Of a stretch of 64,000 nt of DNA, positions 1-10,827 are shown piece after piece. The notes beneath the pieces are model-generated. The model ran no database searches and was not told where the DNA came from. It worked only from the letters and a program-made list of their open reading frames with translations. The position numbers and the translations under genes are program-made. The stretch spans positions 256,001 to 320,000 of the forward strand of contig NZ_CP186926.1 of NCBI RefSeq assembly GCF_049554935.1, given 5' to 3'. Origin of the DNA: Methanocaldococcus indicus (lineage in GTDB: Archaea; AGJL01; Methanococci; Methanococcales; Methanocaldococcaceae). Every line of letters begins with the position of its first letter. The stretch's first letter is position 1.

Positions 1-313
1 TAATAAATCAGTTGTTGATGCTTTAAAAGTTGGATGTACTATTGAAGATTTAGATATTTATGACCTTCAACAATGGATAAACAAGACAGATAATGCGGAT
101 ATAAAAACTGTATATGAAAACCTAATGAAAGGCTCAAGAAATCACATGAGAGCTTTCTATAAATTATTAGTTCAATATGGAGGTAATTATACACCTCAAT
201 ATATAAGCCAAGAAGAGTTTAATGAAATTGTAAATTCTGAAATTGAAAGAGGTCCTGCAAGTGGAAATGTAGGAATAGGTGGCCAGAGAGGTTTTAGTAA
301 AGCTATGCAATAA
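1..313 (+). CDS. DUF2202 ferritin-like domain protein, 5'-truncated by window edge
   Basis: Frame 2 is open from position 2: ...DALKVGCTIEDLDIYDL...VYENLMKGSRNHMRAF...YTPQYISQEEF, the typical DUF2202 motifs (ExxDIxDL, GSRNHLRAF); Gly-rich tail. Confidence 0.8.
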   Translation, partial: NKSVVDALKVGCTIEDLDIYDLQQWINKTDNADIKTVYENLMKGSRNHMRAFYKLLVQYGGNYTPQYISQEEFNEIVNSEIERGPASGNVGIGGQRGFSKAMQ

Positions 314-347
314 ACTTTTTATATCTCTTTTTACTTTCTTAAACTCT

Positions 348-1520
348 ATGTTTAAAGATAAAAATATCCTTGTTCTCTGGCTCACTACATTTATTACTAT
401 GTTGGGTATTGGTATTATAGCTCCTATTTTATCAATATATTCAAAAATATTAGGAGCAAGTAATTTAGAGATTGGTTTAATTTTTGGTAGTTTTGCATTA
501 GCAAGAACATTAGCACAAATTCCAATAGGTTATTTATCAGACATCTATGGAAAAAAGATATTTATTGTTATAGGGACTTTTTTTTGTAGTGTTTTTACAA
601 CTGCTTATGCATTTGTCCATACTGTATATGAGTTAATTGTTGTTAGAATGTTAAATGGTGCTTTTTCTTCATTTATAACTCCTGTTGCAGGAGCATATAT
701 CTCTACAATAGCTCCAAAAGATAAACATGGAGAATATATGGGTATTTTTGGTAGTTCTTTGGCATTGGGATTTGCATTAGGTCCATTGTTTGGAGGATTT
801 TTAGCTCAAATAAATATAACATTACCCTTCTATTTTTGTGGTGCTATTACATTCATAGCTTTTTTATTATGTCTATTTAAGTTAAAAAATATTGAAGTTG
901 TAGATGGTAAAGTAAGATTTACCAATAAATTAATATTGTATAACAAAAAACTGAAATCAAATAAAGTTATTCCAACAGATTTTTTTAAAAATAGAAGATT
1001 TTCATTAGCATATATTTTAAATTTATTATATATTTCTGCAATGTCTGGAATTATGGTATATCTCTCCTTATATGCTTATTCTTTAAAGTTATCATTAGCA
1101 AGTATAGGATTTTTAATATCCTACACAAACATCTTATCTGGAATGACACAGAGAAAATTTGGAGGTTTTTATGATAAATATGGAAAGAAAGTTGCATATT
1201 ATGGAATTGTATTAATTACTCTTGGACTAATTTTATTAACAATCTCTAAGAATTTTACAGATTTATTGTTAGACTTAACATTTTTCTCTATTGGAGGAGC
1301 AATATTTTCTCCTGCTGTTAATAGTATTGCTATGGAAAAAATAGATATAGAAAAAAAAGGTTCTGCAATGGGATTATTTACAACAAGTTTAAATATTGGA
1401 ATGTTAGTAGGAGCAATTATCTTAGGATTTATAGCTGATTTATTTGGAATTAAAACAATGTATTTGCTGGTAGGAATAGTATTTTTTATTTTTTCAACAG
1501 TAATTTTAAGGACTATTTAG
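348..1520 (+). CDS. Major facilitator superfamily transporter (TetA/DHA1-like)
   Basis: About 12 hydrophobic segments, MFS motif A GYLSDIYGKK and GPLFGG; ATG at 348 preferred because the ORF-track start at 279 overlaps the upstream gene. Confidence 0.85.
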   Translation: MFKDKNILVLWLTTFITMLGIGIIAPILSIYSKILGASNLEIGLIFGSFALARTLAQIPIGYLSDIYGKKIFIVIGTFFCSVFTTAYAFVHTVYELIVVRMLNGAFSSFITPVAGAYISTIAPKDKHGEYMGIFGSSLALGFALGPLFGGFLAQINITLPFYFCGAITFIAFLLCLFKLKNIEVVDGKVRFTNKLILYNKKLKSNKVIPTDFFKNRRFSLAYILNLLYISAMSGIMVYLSLYAYSLKLSLASIGFLISYTNILSGMTQRKFGGFYDKYGKKVAYYGIVLITLGLILLTISKNFTDLLLDLTFFSIGGAIFSPAVNSIAMEKIDIEKKGSAMGLFTTSLNIGMLVGAIILGFIADLFGIKTMYLLVGIVFFIFSTVILRTI

Positions 1521-1776
1521 ATAGAGTTATTGATATATAGGATATATTTATATCTCTTCCATCCTTATCTTTTACTTTATCTGTTCCAATTTCTATATTT
1601 TCTATTTTAATATTTCTAAGGACTCTATTTCTTACTATTTCAGCAACATCAACAGCTTTTGCTATTGCTTTACCTCTTGCTTTTATAGTAACTTTATTGT
1701 TGTTAGTTAGTTGAGCAAGAACAGCAACCACATAGTTTTTAACTGGCTTTTTGCCAATATATACAATTCCTTCCAA
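1513..1776 (-). CDS. albA: DNA/RNA-binding chromatin protein Alba
   Basis: IGKKPVKNYV...KARGKAIAKAVDVAEIVR Alba signature. Confidence 0.95.
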   Translation of the reverse strand: MEGIVYIGKKPVKNYVVAVLAQLTNNNKVTIKARGKAIAKAVDVAEIVRNRVLRNIKIENIEIGTDKVKDKDGRDINISYISITLSK

Positions 1777-1788
1777 AAATTTCCACCT

Positions 1789-3354
1789 TTATTTTTCTAT
1801 AATTTTCTTTTTAGATTTTTTAGACAATATTTTATTAATCCCATCAATAACTGCCTCAACAGATGCTCTAACTATATCTTCTCTTGCTGATTTTGATGTT
1901 ACCTCTTCTCCATAACCTTCCAATGTAACAACTACCTCAGCTAATGCATCAGTTCCTCCTGTTATAGCATCTATATGATACTCCTTAATCTTTATCTTTT
2001 CTCCTAATGCTTTTTGTATAGCTTTTACTGCTGCATCTACTGGACCCACACCAATAGATGACTCTTTAACAACTTCATCATCAACTTTTAAAGATACTGA
2101 TGCAGTAGGGATTACTTTATTTCCAGTCATTACTGCTATTTGCTCTAAATCTACAACTCTATCCTTTTTAGCAACTCTACCAACAACATCCTCAACTATT
2201 GCCTCAATATCTCTATCAGTAACTCTCTTACCTTTATCTCCTAATTTTTTGATTCTCTTAACTATCTCCTCAAACTGCTCCTTAGTTAAATTAGTTATAC
2301 CTAATTCTTTTAGCTTAGCTTCAATTGCATGAGTTCCTGTATGTTTTCCTAAGATTATTTTTCTTTTCTGTCCTACTAATTCGGGTGGAATAGGTTCATA
2401 AGTTAATGCATGGGCTAAAACACCATGTGCATGTATTCCACTCTCATGAGCAAATGCATTCTCTCCAACAACTGCTTTATTTGGTTGTGGTTTTATCTCT
2501 GTGTATTTAGCAACTAATTGGGATATATTATAGAGAAGTTCTGTTTTAATATTAGTTTTTATATTGTATAAAGCAAATAATGACATAACAACCTCTTCTA
2601 ATGCAGCATTTCCTCCTCTTTCTCCTAAACCATTAATTGTGCAATGAACTTGTTCAGCCCCTGCTTCAATAGCTGCTAATGAGTTTGCAACAGCTAAACC
2701 AAAATCATTATGACAATGGATAGATATTGGAATATTAATTTCTTTTTTTAGTTTATCTATTAAATAAAACATAGCCCTTGGAATCATAACTCCAACAGTA
2801 TCTGGGACATTTATAATATCTGCCTTAGCTTCCTCTGCTTTTTTATATACTTCTATTAAATAATCTAATTCTGTTCTTGTAGCATCTTCTGCAGAGAACT
2901 CCACTTTTAAACCATGTTCTTTAATATAATCAATTGCTTCAACAGCTATATCAATAATCTCTTCCTTAGATTTTTTTAATTTATATTTTCTATGTAGTGG
3001 AGAAGTTGCTATAAATGTGTGAATTCTATCAACTCCACAATCAATAGCAACATCTATATCTTTCTTTACAGCTCTTGCCAATCCACAAATTTCAGCATCT
3101 AAATTTAGGGAACATATCTTTTTTATAGCCTCTTTTTCTCCTGCTGATGAAACAGGAAAACCAGCTTCAATAACATCCACACCTAACTTATCTAAGTTAA
3201 TAGCAATCTCAACCTTTTCCTCAGGTGTTAGAGATACTCCAGGTGTTTGTTCTCCATCTCTTAATGTTGTATCAAATATATACACTCTCTCTGGAAGATT
3301 TAGATTTTTTAGAGCTTCTTTAATATAGGTATTCTCCTCTCTATAATTTATCAT
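1789..3354 (-). CDS. leuA: 2-isopropylmalate synthase (LeuA/CimA family)
   Basis: [27 protein letters not shown] and C-terminal regulatory domain (GVGPVDA); resembles MJ1195. Confidence 0.85.
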   Translation of the reverse strand: MINYREENTYIKEALKNLNLPERVYIFDTTLRDGEQTPGVSLTPEEKVEIAINLDKLGVDVIEAGFPVSSAGEKEAIKKICSLNLDAEICGLARAVKKDIDVAIDCGVDRIHTFIATSPLHRKYKLKKSKEEIIDIAVEAIDYIKEHGLKVEFSAEDATRTELDYLIEVYKKAEEAKADIINVPDTVGVMIPRAMFYLIDKLKKEINIPISIHCHNDFGLAVANSLAAIEAGAEQVHCTINGLGERGGNAALEEVVMSLFALYNIKTNIKTELLYNISQLVAKYTEIKPQPNKAVVGENAFAHESGIHAHGVLAHALTYEPIPPELVGQKRKIILGKHTGTHAIEAKLKELGITNLTKEQFEEIVKRIKKLGDKGKRVTDRDIEAIVEDVVGRVAKKDRVVDLEQIAVMTGNKVIPTASVSLKVDDEVVKESSIGVGPVDAAVKAIQKALGEKIKIKEYHIDAITGGTDALAEVVVTLEGYGEEVTSKSAREDIVRASVEAVIDGINKILSKKSKKKIIEK

Positions 3355-3392
3355 AGTTATCTCCTCCCTTAGATTCCAACATAAATTAATGA

Positions 3393-4268
3393 TTATATAA
3401 CACTATATATAACCCTAATTATTGCTCCTAAAATAAAGGCCAATATTGGGGCTGTTATCCACCAAATTAGGAATTTTTTTAATACACTAAATTTTATAGT
3501 TTTTATTCCTCTTGTTAATCCAACTCCAACAGTTGCTCCAACAATACCATAAGTTGTAGATACAGGAATTCCAAAATATGTAAAAAGTAGAATAGCCAAA
3601 CCACCAGAAAATTGAGCAATAAATGCTGATATAATATCCAAATTTATTATCTTACCTAATTCCTTAGATATATTCTTTCCAAATAATGCTCCTAATGATA
3701 GAAATACAGCTCCAATTAAATGATACTTTAAAGATGTTGTAAATACTCCTAAGATTGTTGGTAAGTCATTACTACCTAAATTAAATGCAACAATGCCAGA
3801 GGATAGTATAAGAAGAATTTTAATTATTCTAATTTTTTTCAATATTGGAATTTTTATTTTATTATATAAATTATATAGGATATAAGCTAAAAACATAGCT
3901 AATAAAGGAGATATAATCCAGCTTAAAACTATTTTAAAAAATAAATCAAAGTTTTTTAAAGACAAACCTACTAATGAAGATATAATTAAAGTATGTAAAG
4001 AAACTGGGACTCTAAAATAGTTAGAAATAACAAATAAGATAGCTGTTATAATTAGGGCTAAAAATGGTTTGTATGAGAGATAATGAACAGTTGAGCTAAC
4101 TTTAAAGGAAAATAGTGCTCCTAAAAATACAAATACTGTAAATGTTAATATAAGAATTCTATAATCTATTTTTGCAGAATATGCTAATCCAATAGCATTG
4201 GCTGAATTGTTAATTCCTAATAAAAATACTAAAATATATGCAAACAATAGCTCTATATTATCACACAT
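3393..4268 (-). CDS. Inorganic phosphate transporter, PiT family
   Basis: [10 protein letters not shown] and GSNDL repeats, PVS motifs, hydrophobic; coupled to DUF47 gene. Confidence 0.85.
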   Translation of the reverse strand: MCDNIELLFAYILVFLLGINNSANAIGLAYSAKIDYRILILTFTVFVFLGALFSFKVSSTVHYLSYKPFLALIITAILFVISNYFRVPVSLHTLIISSLVGLSLKNFDLFFKIVLSWIISPLLAMFLAYILYNLYNKIKIPILKKIRIIKILLILSSGIVAFNLGSNDLPTILGVFTTSLKYHLIGAVFLSLGALFGKNISKELGKIINLDIISAFIAQFSGGLAILLFTYFGIPVSTTYGIVGATVGVGLTRGIKTIKFSVLKKFLIWWITAPILAFILGAIIRVIYSVI

Positions 4269-4875
4269 TCAAATAAATTATTTGAAGTTCATCAGCAATA
4301 TCTTCAATATAATCACTTATCTTAACTATAAACTCTAAAAAATCACTTAAAAGCTTTCCTTCCCAAAAATTAGCCACATCAATATTAATTAACTTTCTAT
4401 AAATGTTGTTGTAATAAATTAAATCAATATCCTTCTCATATTTTTTTATCTTTTTTAAATGATAATCAAAATCTCCACCATGTTCAAATACACAAATAAG
4501 GTGTTTTAGTTCAACATACATCTCTTTTGTTATATTTAATATCTCTAAAACTTCATCTAAGAAATAAATATTATCAAAAAGATTATAAATTAAAGCTGAA
4601 TGCTTAATATTATCTAATGTCTCATCTAACAACTCTGTGGCTTTTGATAACTCTCTTCTAATGTTTGGTAAGAAAGCTGAGGATAAATTTATTCTTATAT
4701 ATCTTGTTATTGTGTCTCCTTTCTCTTCTAATTCAATTATTTTATTAACTAATTTTTTATCTTTATTTATAAGTAATGTTTTTATTAATTCTATTCCTTC
4801 AATACCATAATCAACCAGTTCAATAAATTTATTTAGAATTTCTGACTCTTTATCCTTTTTAAAAATAAATAGCAT
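4261..4875 (-). CDS. DUF47 / PhoU-like phosphate transport regulator
   Basis: ExxxD repeats (LEEKGD, YEKDID, SDYIEDIADEL); adjacent to PiT. Confidence 0.85.
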   Translation of the reverse strand: MLFIFKKDKESEILNKFIELVDYGIEGIELIKTLLINKDKKLVNKIIELEEKGDTITRYIRINLSSAFLPNIRRELSKATELLDETLDNIKHSALIYNLFDNIYFLDEVLEILNITKEMYVELKHLICVFEHGGDFDYHLKKIKKYEKDIDLIYYNNIYRKLINIDVANFWEGKLLSDFLEFIVKISDYIEDIADELQIIYLNV

Positions 4876-4955
4876 ATAGAATCATCCTAAAATTTTTATA
4901 TAAATCTCTATATTAAAAATAATAATATATTAATTTTGAGTTTTGAGGTGATAGT

Positions 4956-5576
4956 ATAAAAAAATTGGTTATTGTTACTTTATCAATCATGATATTAACA
5001 TCTTTAAGTATGTGCATAAATACAAATGAAAAGATAAAGGAGGAGAAGCAAATGAAAGGAAAAATTTTAATGGTTATAGCTCCAAAAGATTTTAGAGATG
5101 AGGAATTATTTGAACCAATGAATATATTTGAAAATCATGGTTATAAGGTTGATGTTGCTTCAACAAGAAAGGGAGAATGTGTTGGAATGCTTGGACATAA
5201 AATATATGTTAATTTAACAATTGATGAAGTAAATCCTAATGATTATGTAGCTCTTGTTATTCCAGGAGGAATAGGCTCAAAAGAATATTTATGGAATAAT
5301 AAAAAACTCTTAGAATTAGTCAGAGAATTTTATGAAGAAAATAAAACAGTTGCAGCTATATGTTTATCACCTGTGGTATTGGCAGAAGCTGGAATATTAA
5401 AAGGAAAGAAAGCTACAGTTTTTCCAGATAAAGAAGCAATTGAAGAGCTAAAAAAATATGGAGCAATATATGTAGATAAAGGAGTTGTAAGAGATGGTAA
5501 AATAGTTACTGCCAAATCTCCTGAGTATGCCAGACTATTTGGATTAGAAGTATTAAAAACTATTGAGCAGCAATAG
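4956..5576 (+). CDS. DJ-1/PfpI family protein with N-terminal lipoprotein signal
   Basis: FRDEE, PGGIG, AAICLSP (catalytic Cys); start probably ATA at 4956 (alternatives TTG 4965, internal ATG 5052). Confidence 0.85.
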   Translation: MKKLVIVTLSIMILTSLSMCINTNEKIKEEKQMKGKILMVIAPKDFRDEELFEPMNIFENHGYKVDVASTRKGECVGMLGHKIYVNLTIDEVNPNDYVALVIPGGIGSKEYLWNNKKLLELVREFYEENKTVAAICLSPVVLAEAGILKGKKATVFPDKEAIEELKKYGAIYVDKGVVRDGKIVTAKSPEYARLFGLEVLKTIEQQ

Positions 5577-5646
5577 AAAATAAGATATAATTTTATTATA
5601 CCATATATAACTTAGAATAACATACATATTAAATTGCTAATTTTTT

Positions 5647-5685
5647 CCGTAAAATATTTATATTGGTATTAGGAAACTTATTTCC
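5647..5685 (+). promoter_or_regulatory. glnA promoter (BRE/TATA) with NrpR operator GGAA-N6-TTCC
   Basis: CCGTAAAA then TTTATAT at 5657-5663; GGAA-ACTTAT-TTCC at 5672-5685 matches the Methanococcus nitrogen operator. Confidence 0.85.
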
Positions 5686-5714
5686 AGAAAAATTTTGGAA
5701 CCAGGGTGAAATAG

Positions 5715-7055
5715 ATGAACATAGAAGAAGCAATAAAATATGTAAAAGAGAACAATGTTAAATTTATAAGATTCCAATTTGTAGATATCTTAGGATTCCC
5801 AAAAAATGTAGCATATCCAGTTAAAACTGGAGAAAAAGGAGAAGAAGAATTAAGAGAAATATTTGAGACAGGAGTTTGGTTTGATGGTTCTTCTATAACT
5901 GGTTTTGTTGGAATTGAAGAATCAGATATGTTATTAAAGCCAGATTTATCAACACTATCTGTTTTACCATGGAGACCTGAAGAGAAGAGTGTTGCAAGAG
6001 TTATATGTTATGTCTATAAAGATGAAAAGACACCATTTGAAGGAGACCCAAGAAGTAGATTAAAAGCTCTTCTAGATGAATTAAAAGAAGAAATGAACGG
6101 AGAGTTCTTTGTTGGTCCTGAACCAGAGTTCTTTTTATTAAAGCAAGATGAATGTGGAAATTGGATTCCTGCAGATGATGGAGGATACTTTGATGTTGAG
6201 CCATTAGATGATGCTCCAGATATCAGAAGAGATATTGTTTTAGCATTAGAAAACTTAGGATTCCATGTAGAAGCTTCTCACCACGAAGTAGCTCCAGGAC
6301 AACATGAAGTTGATTTCAAATTTGACAATGCTTTAAAAACAGCTGACAGTGTTGTAACATTCAAAATGACAATTAAAAATATAGCTAAGAAACATGGATT
6401 AAAAGCTACATTTATGCCAAAACCATTCTTTGGAATGAATGGTAATGGAATGCACTGCCACCAAAGTGTTTGGTTCAATGGAAAACCATCATTCTATGAT
6501 GAAAATGGACCTTATGGAGGATTAAGTGAAATATGTTTAAGCTACATAGCTGGAATTTTAGAACATGCTAAGGCATTAGTTGCTATAACAAACCCATTAG
6601 TTAATTCATACAAGAGATTAGTTCCAGGATATGAAGCTCCTGTAAATATTGCTTGGGCAAACAAAAACAGAAGTGCTATTATTAGAGTTCCAGCTGCAAG
6701 AGGAAAAGCTACAAGAATTGAATTCAGAGCTCCAGATCCATCATGTAACCCATATTTAGCATTTGCATGTATGTTAGCAGCTGGTTTGGATGGAATTAAA
6801 AGAAAATTAACACCACCAGAACCAGTAGAAAGAAACATCTTCAAAATGAGTGAAGCTGAGAAAAAAGAGTTAGGAATAGAATCAGTTCCTGCAAACTTAA
6901 AAGAAGCATTAGATAAATTAGAATGTGATGAAGTATTACAAAAAGCATTAGGAAAACACATATATGAAAACTGGATAGAAATTAAAAGAGCTGAATGGGA
7001 TGAATTTAGAACATCAGTTACTGATTGGGAGTGGAACAAATACTTAATCTACTAA
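5715..7055 (+). CDS. glnA: Glutamine synthetase type I
   Basis: FDGSSI, GPEPEFF, HHEVAPGQHE, FMPKP, NGNGMHCH, RIEFRAPD. Confidence 0.98.
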   Translation: MNIEEAIKYVKENNVKFIRFQFVDILGFPKNVAYPVKTGEKGEEELREIFETGVWFDGSSITGFVGIEESDMLLKPDLSTLSVLPWRPEEKSVARVICYVYKDEKTPFEGDPRSRLKALLDELKEEMNGEFFVGPEPEFFLLKQDECGNWIPADDGGYFDVEPLDDAPDIRRDIVLALENLGFHVEASHHEVAPGQHEVDFKFDNALKTADSVVTFKMTIKNIAKKHGLKATFMPKPFFGMNGNGMHCHQSVWFNGKPSFYDENGPYGGLSEICLSYIAGILEHAKALVAITNPLVNSYKRLVPGYEAPVNIAWANKNRSAIIRVPAARGKATRIEFRAPDPSCNPYLAFACMLAAGLDGIKRKLTPPEPVERNIFKMSEAEKKELGIESVPANLKEALDKLECDEVLQKALGKHIYENWIEIKRAEWDEFRTSVTDWEWNKYLIY

Positions 7056-7059
7056 ATTA

Positions 7060-7118
7060 AAAAATTCTTTTTTATTTTTTTATCAATTAAAAATTTTAAA
7101 AATAAAAAATAATAAATA
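7060..7118. terminator. Bidirectional T-tract terminator region between convergent glnA and ppsA
   Basis: T-runs at 7065-7081 on +, A-runs at 7097-7117 (T-runs on -). Confidence 0.45.
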
Positions 7119-7119
7119 G

Positions 7120-9414
7120 TTATTCTTCTAAGGATTTTCTTCTAATAAAGTTCAATATAACTTTTTGCTCTGTTCTTGCTACTACTCTTCTTATTGTATC
7201 TACTGCATCTATATTTGCTGAAACTGCATCAATTCCCCACTCTACTAATTTCTCTACTATATGAGGCCTACTTCCTGCCTGGCCACATATTGATACTTTG
7301 ACATTATGTTTTTTACATGTTTTAATAACATTTTCTACTAATTTTAAAACAGCAGGATGGTCTTCTTTATAATATTTTGAAACTAATTCATTGTTTCTGT
7401 CTATAGCAATAGTGTATTGTGTCAAATCATTAGTCCCTAAACTAACAAAGTCTATTCCTTCTTTTATAAAGTCTTCAATTATTAAAGCAGCTGCAGGAGT
7501 TTCTACCATTATTCCAAAAGGAACATCTTTTCTTAATTCTAAGCCCACTTCTCTTGCTATTTCTTTAACTCTTTTTACTTCATCAGGATGAGTTACAAGA
7601 GGTATCATTATTTCTATATTTTTGTATCCCTCTTCTCTTAATCTTTTTATTGCTTCCAATTCACATTTTAATATCTCTACCTCATCTAACCCTCTTCTAA
7701 TTCCTCTCCAACCTAACATTGGATTATGTTCTATTGGTTCTCTTTCCCCTCCTTCTAATCCTCTAAATTCATCAGTTGGAGCATCTAATGTCCTATAAGT
7801 TACAGGTCTTGGATAGAATGCATCAGCTACTTTTCTAATTCCTTCCATTAATGCATTTATTAGTGCTTCTTTTCCTTCCTCTTCTAATATTTTTTTAGGA
7901 TGCTTACCCAGCCCTAAAATCATATGTTCAGCTCTCAATAATCCTACTCCATCAGCTCCTGTCTTAGCAGCTCTTTCAGCCACTTCTGGCATAGAAACAT
8001 TAACTTTAACCTCAGTAGCTGTAATAATTGGAGGAGCTAATATTACTTCTTTAACTTCCTCAACTTTTTTCTCTTCTTCTTTTTTCTTTATAATTCCTTC
8101 ATAGACTAAACCTTTTTCTCCATCTACTGTAACTATCTGTCCTTCTCTTAAAACTTTTGTAGCTTTCTTAGTTCCAACAACACAAGGAATTCCTAACTCT
8201 CTTGAAACTATTGCTGCGTGACAGGTAAGTCCACCCTCATCTGTTACAATAGCAGATGCTTTTTTCATTGCTGGAACCATATCAGGAGTAGTCATAGGTG
8301 CTACTAAAACATCTCCATCTTCAACTTTATCAATATCCTTAATATCCATAACAATTTTAACCTTTCCAGAGGCGATTCCTGGAGAAGCTCCAATACCTTT
8401 TAGTATAATTTTTCCTTCATCTACTTCTTCACTTTTTTCTTCTTTTTTACCTTTTTTCAATGTAGTTATGGGTCTTGCTTGAAGCATATATAACTTATCT
8501 TTTTCATAAGCCCATTCTACATCCATTGGTCTTTTGTAATGCTCTTCTATTTTAATTCCTACTTTTGCAACCTCTTTTATTTGTTCATCTGTTAAAACTT
8601 GTTTCTCTTTTAAATCTTCTGGGACATCTACTAACTTAGTTTCTCCTTTTTCATCTTTTATAAACATCTTTTCCTTTCTTGCTATATGCTTATCTTTAAT
8701 TTCCAAAGTTTTTTTATCTACAATGTATGTATCAGGAGATACTGTTCCACTAACTACACCTTCTCCTAATCCCCATGCAGCTTCAATAACTAACTCATCA
8801 TAATTCTGATTTATTGGATTAACTGTGAACATAACTCCAGCTTTATCAGCATTAACAAGTTTTTGAACAACAACAGCAATAGCTACATCAAAATGGTCAA
8901 AACCTTTCTCTTCTCTATAAAAAATAGCTCTTGGAGTAAATAATGAAGAAAAACATTTCTGGACATATTTAACAACATTATCTGCTCCTTTTACATTTAA
9001 ATAAGTATCTTGTTGTCCTGCAAAACTTGCATCTGGCAAATCTTCTGCTGTTGCAGAACTTCTTACAGCTACTGGAACCTCTTCCCCAAATTTTTCACAT
9101 AATTTATTGTAAGATTCTACTATTGCAAGTTTTAAATCATAAGGCATTTCTACACTTTCCATTAATTCTCTAATCTTTTTAGATGTCTCTTCTAAGGCTT
9201 TTGTGTCTCTAATATCTAAATTTTTTAATAACTCCTTAATCTTCTCTTTTATACCTGTCTCAGTTATAAAGTATCTGTATGCATCAGCAGTAACAATAAA
9301 AGCATCTGGAACTGGTAAGCCAGCATTCCACATTTCTCCTAATGATGCTCCTTTACCTCCTGCTATATGAACATCCTTATTAGTTATTTCATCCAACCAA
9401 ACAACAAATTTCAT
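7120..9414 (-). CDS. ppsA: Phosphoenolpyruvate synthase (no intein)
   Basis: GGKGASLGEM, AVRSSATAED, GGLTCHAAIVSRE phospho-His motif, GTNDLTQY. Confidence 0.96.
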   Translation of the reverse strand: MKFVVWLDEITNKDVHIAGGKGASLGEMWNAGLPVPDAFIVTADAYRYFITETGIKEKIKELLKNLDIRDTKALEETSKKIRELMESVEMPYDLKLAIVESYNKLCEKFGEEVPVAVRSSATAEDLPDASFAGQQDTYLNVKGADNVVKYVQKCFSSLFTPRAIFYREEKGFDHFDVAIAVVVQKLVNADKAGVMFTVNPINQNYDELVIEAAWGLGEGVVSGTVSPDTYIVDKKTLEIKDKHIARKEKMFIKDEKGETKLVDVPEDLKEKQVLTDEQIKEVAKVGIKIEEHYKRPMDVEWAYEKDKLYMLQARPITTLKKGKKEEKSEEVDEGKIILKGIGASPGIASGKVKIVMDIKDIDKVEDGDVLVAPMTTPDMVPAMKKASAIVTDEGGLTCHAAIVSRELGIPCVVGTKKATKVLREGQIVTVDGEKGLVYEGIIKKKEEEKKVEEVKEVILAPPIITATEVKVNVSMPEVAERAAKTGADGVGLLRAEHMILGLGKHPKKILEEEGKEALINALMEGIRKVADAFYPRPVTYRTLDAPTDEFRGLEGGEREPIEHNPMLGWRGIRRGLDEVEILKCELEAIKRLREEGYKNIEIMIPLVTHPDEVKRVKEIAREVGLELRKDVPFGIMVETPAAALIIEDFIKEGIDFVSLGTNDLTQYTIAIDRNNELVSKYYKEDHPAVLKLVENVIKTCKKHNVKVSICGQAGSRPHIVEKLVEWGIDAVSANIDAVDTIRRVVARTEQKVILNFIRRKSLEE

Positions 9415-9591
9415 AGATATCCACCAAATAATGATTATAATATTAACTCTATTCTAATACTATATAAAAAATTTTGTTACTTAAAACTACCATACAGGAT
9501 GTCTGATATTAAACAAATCAAACAATAAAATTTTTATAAAAATTTAAATTATAGTTAAGATTTTGTCCAAAAATTTAATATGGTGAGAAGA

Positions 9592-10827
9592 ATGAGAAAG
9601 TGGCTAATACTTTTGTTAGTTCCAATCTTAATAGGAAGTTTTTTAGCAGGATGTACTCAACAAAGTAATGAAAATAATGAGATAAAAATTGGATTATTAG
9701 TTGATTTATCAGGGGGTTTATCATCTTATGGACAAAATGAAAAAGATATCTGCCAATTAGCTCAAGAGAAAATAAACAACTACTTTAAAGACCATAACAT
9801 TCCTTACACTGTAAAAATATATGTTGAAGATACAAAAGCAGACCCAAAAGTTTGTTTAGATAAAGTTCAAGCTCTCCATGCTATGGGAATAAATGCTTTT
9901 TTAGGACCAATGGCAAGTGGAGAAGTTAAAAATATAAAAGATTATGTAAATTCAAATAAATTAGTTATAATATCTCCATCATCTACAGCAGCTCCACAAA
10001 TATTAGGATTTGAAACTCCTGAACAGAAAAAATATATATTTAGATTTGTTCCAAATGATAACTTCCAAGGTAATGGTATTGCAGATATTGCAAAAAGTTT
10101 AGGAGTTAAAAATGCTGTTATAATATACAGAGGAGATGCTTGGGGAGATGGATTAAAAGAAGCAACAGTTAAAAAATTAAAAGAATATGGAATTAATGTA
10201 GTTGATGAAATAAGATATCCTCCAGATATTGGAGACTGGAGTCCTATAATACAAACAGCTACAAATGATATAAAAGGAAAAAAAGATGCAGCTGTTTTAT
10301 TTATTGGATATGAAGAAGTAGCTACTCTACTTTCACAGTTAAATGATAACTCACCTTTATTAAATTGTATATGGATAGGTTGTGATGGAACTGCTAAGAG
10401 TGAAAAAGTTATAAATGAAGTTAAAGATAAAGCAGCAAAAGTTAAATTGTATTCAACAATGTTCTACTCTGAAAGTGATGATGCAAAGATTTTAAAAGAA
10501 GAATTTAAAAAGAAATTTGGTAGAGAACCAGACCAATATGCTCTAAATGTTTATGATGCAGCATGGGTATTATCATTGTCATATGCAGAGATGTTAAATG
10601 AGACAAAAGGAAAATATGACGCTGATTTATTAGCAAAATTAATAAAAGAGAATACTGAAAAGTACTCAAAAGGAGAGTTTGGTGTTAAACCAGTAACAGG
10701 ATATATAAAATTAAATATATGGAATGATAGAGCTTCTGGTAATTATGGAATATTTGCTGTTACAAAAGATGGTTGGAAGTTAGTTGGTATCTGGAACTCT
10801 GAAACTAATAAAATAGAATGGTTATAA
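9592..10827 (+). CDS. Branched-chain amino acid ABC transporter substrate-binding lipoprotein (LivJ/K-like)
   Basis: Lipobox LAGC, KIGLLVDLSG, ISPSSTA, FRFVPND; GGTGA RBS before ATG 9592. Confidence 0.85.
   Translation: MRKWLILLLVPILIGSFLAGCTQQSNENNEIKIGLLVDLSGGLSSYGQNEKDICQLAQEKINNYFKDHNIPYTVKIYVEDTKADPKVCLDKVQALHAMGINAFLGPMASGEVKNIKDYVNSNKLVIISPSSTAAPQILGFETPEQKKYIFRFVPNDNFQGNGIADIAKSLGVKNAVIIYRGDAWGDGLKEATVKKLKEYGINVVDEIRYPPDIGDWSPIIQTATNDIKGKKDAAVLFIGYEEVATLLSQLNDNSPLLNCIWIGCDGTAKSEKVINEVKDKAAKVKLYSTMFYSESDDAKILKEEFKKKFGREPDQYALNVYDAAWVLSLSYAEMLNETKGKYDADLLAKLIKENTEKYSKGEFGVKPVTGYIKLNIWNDRASGNYGIFAVTKDGWKLVGIWNSETNKIEWL

Noticed and set aside
6001-7039. Antisense ORFs within glnA, and similar shadow ORFs in ppsA, argC, MCPs, CBS, thiC, cheA
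   Set aside because: Opposite-strand shadows of biased coding sequence with no RBS or motifs.
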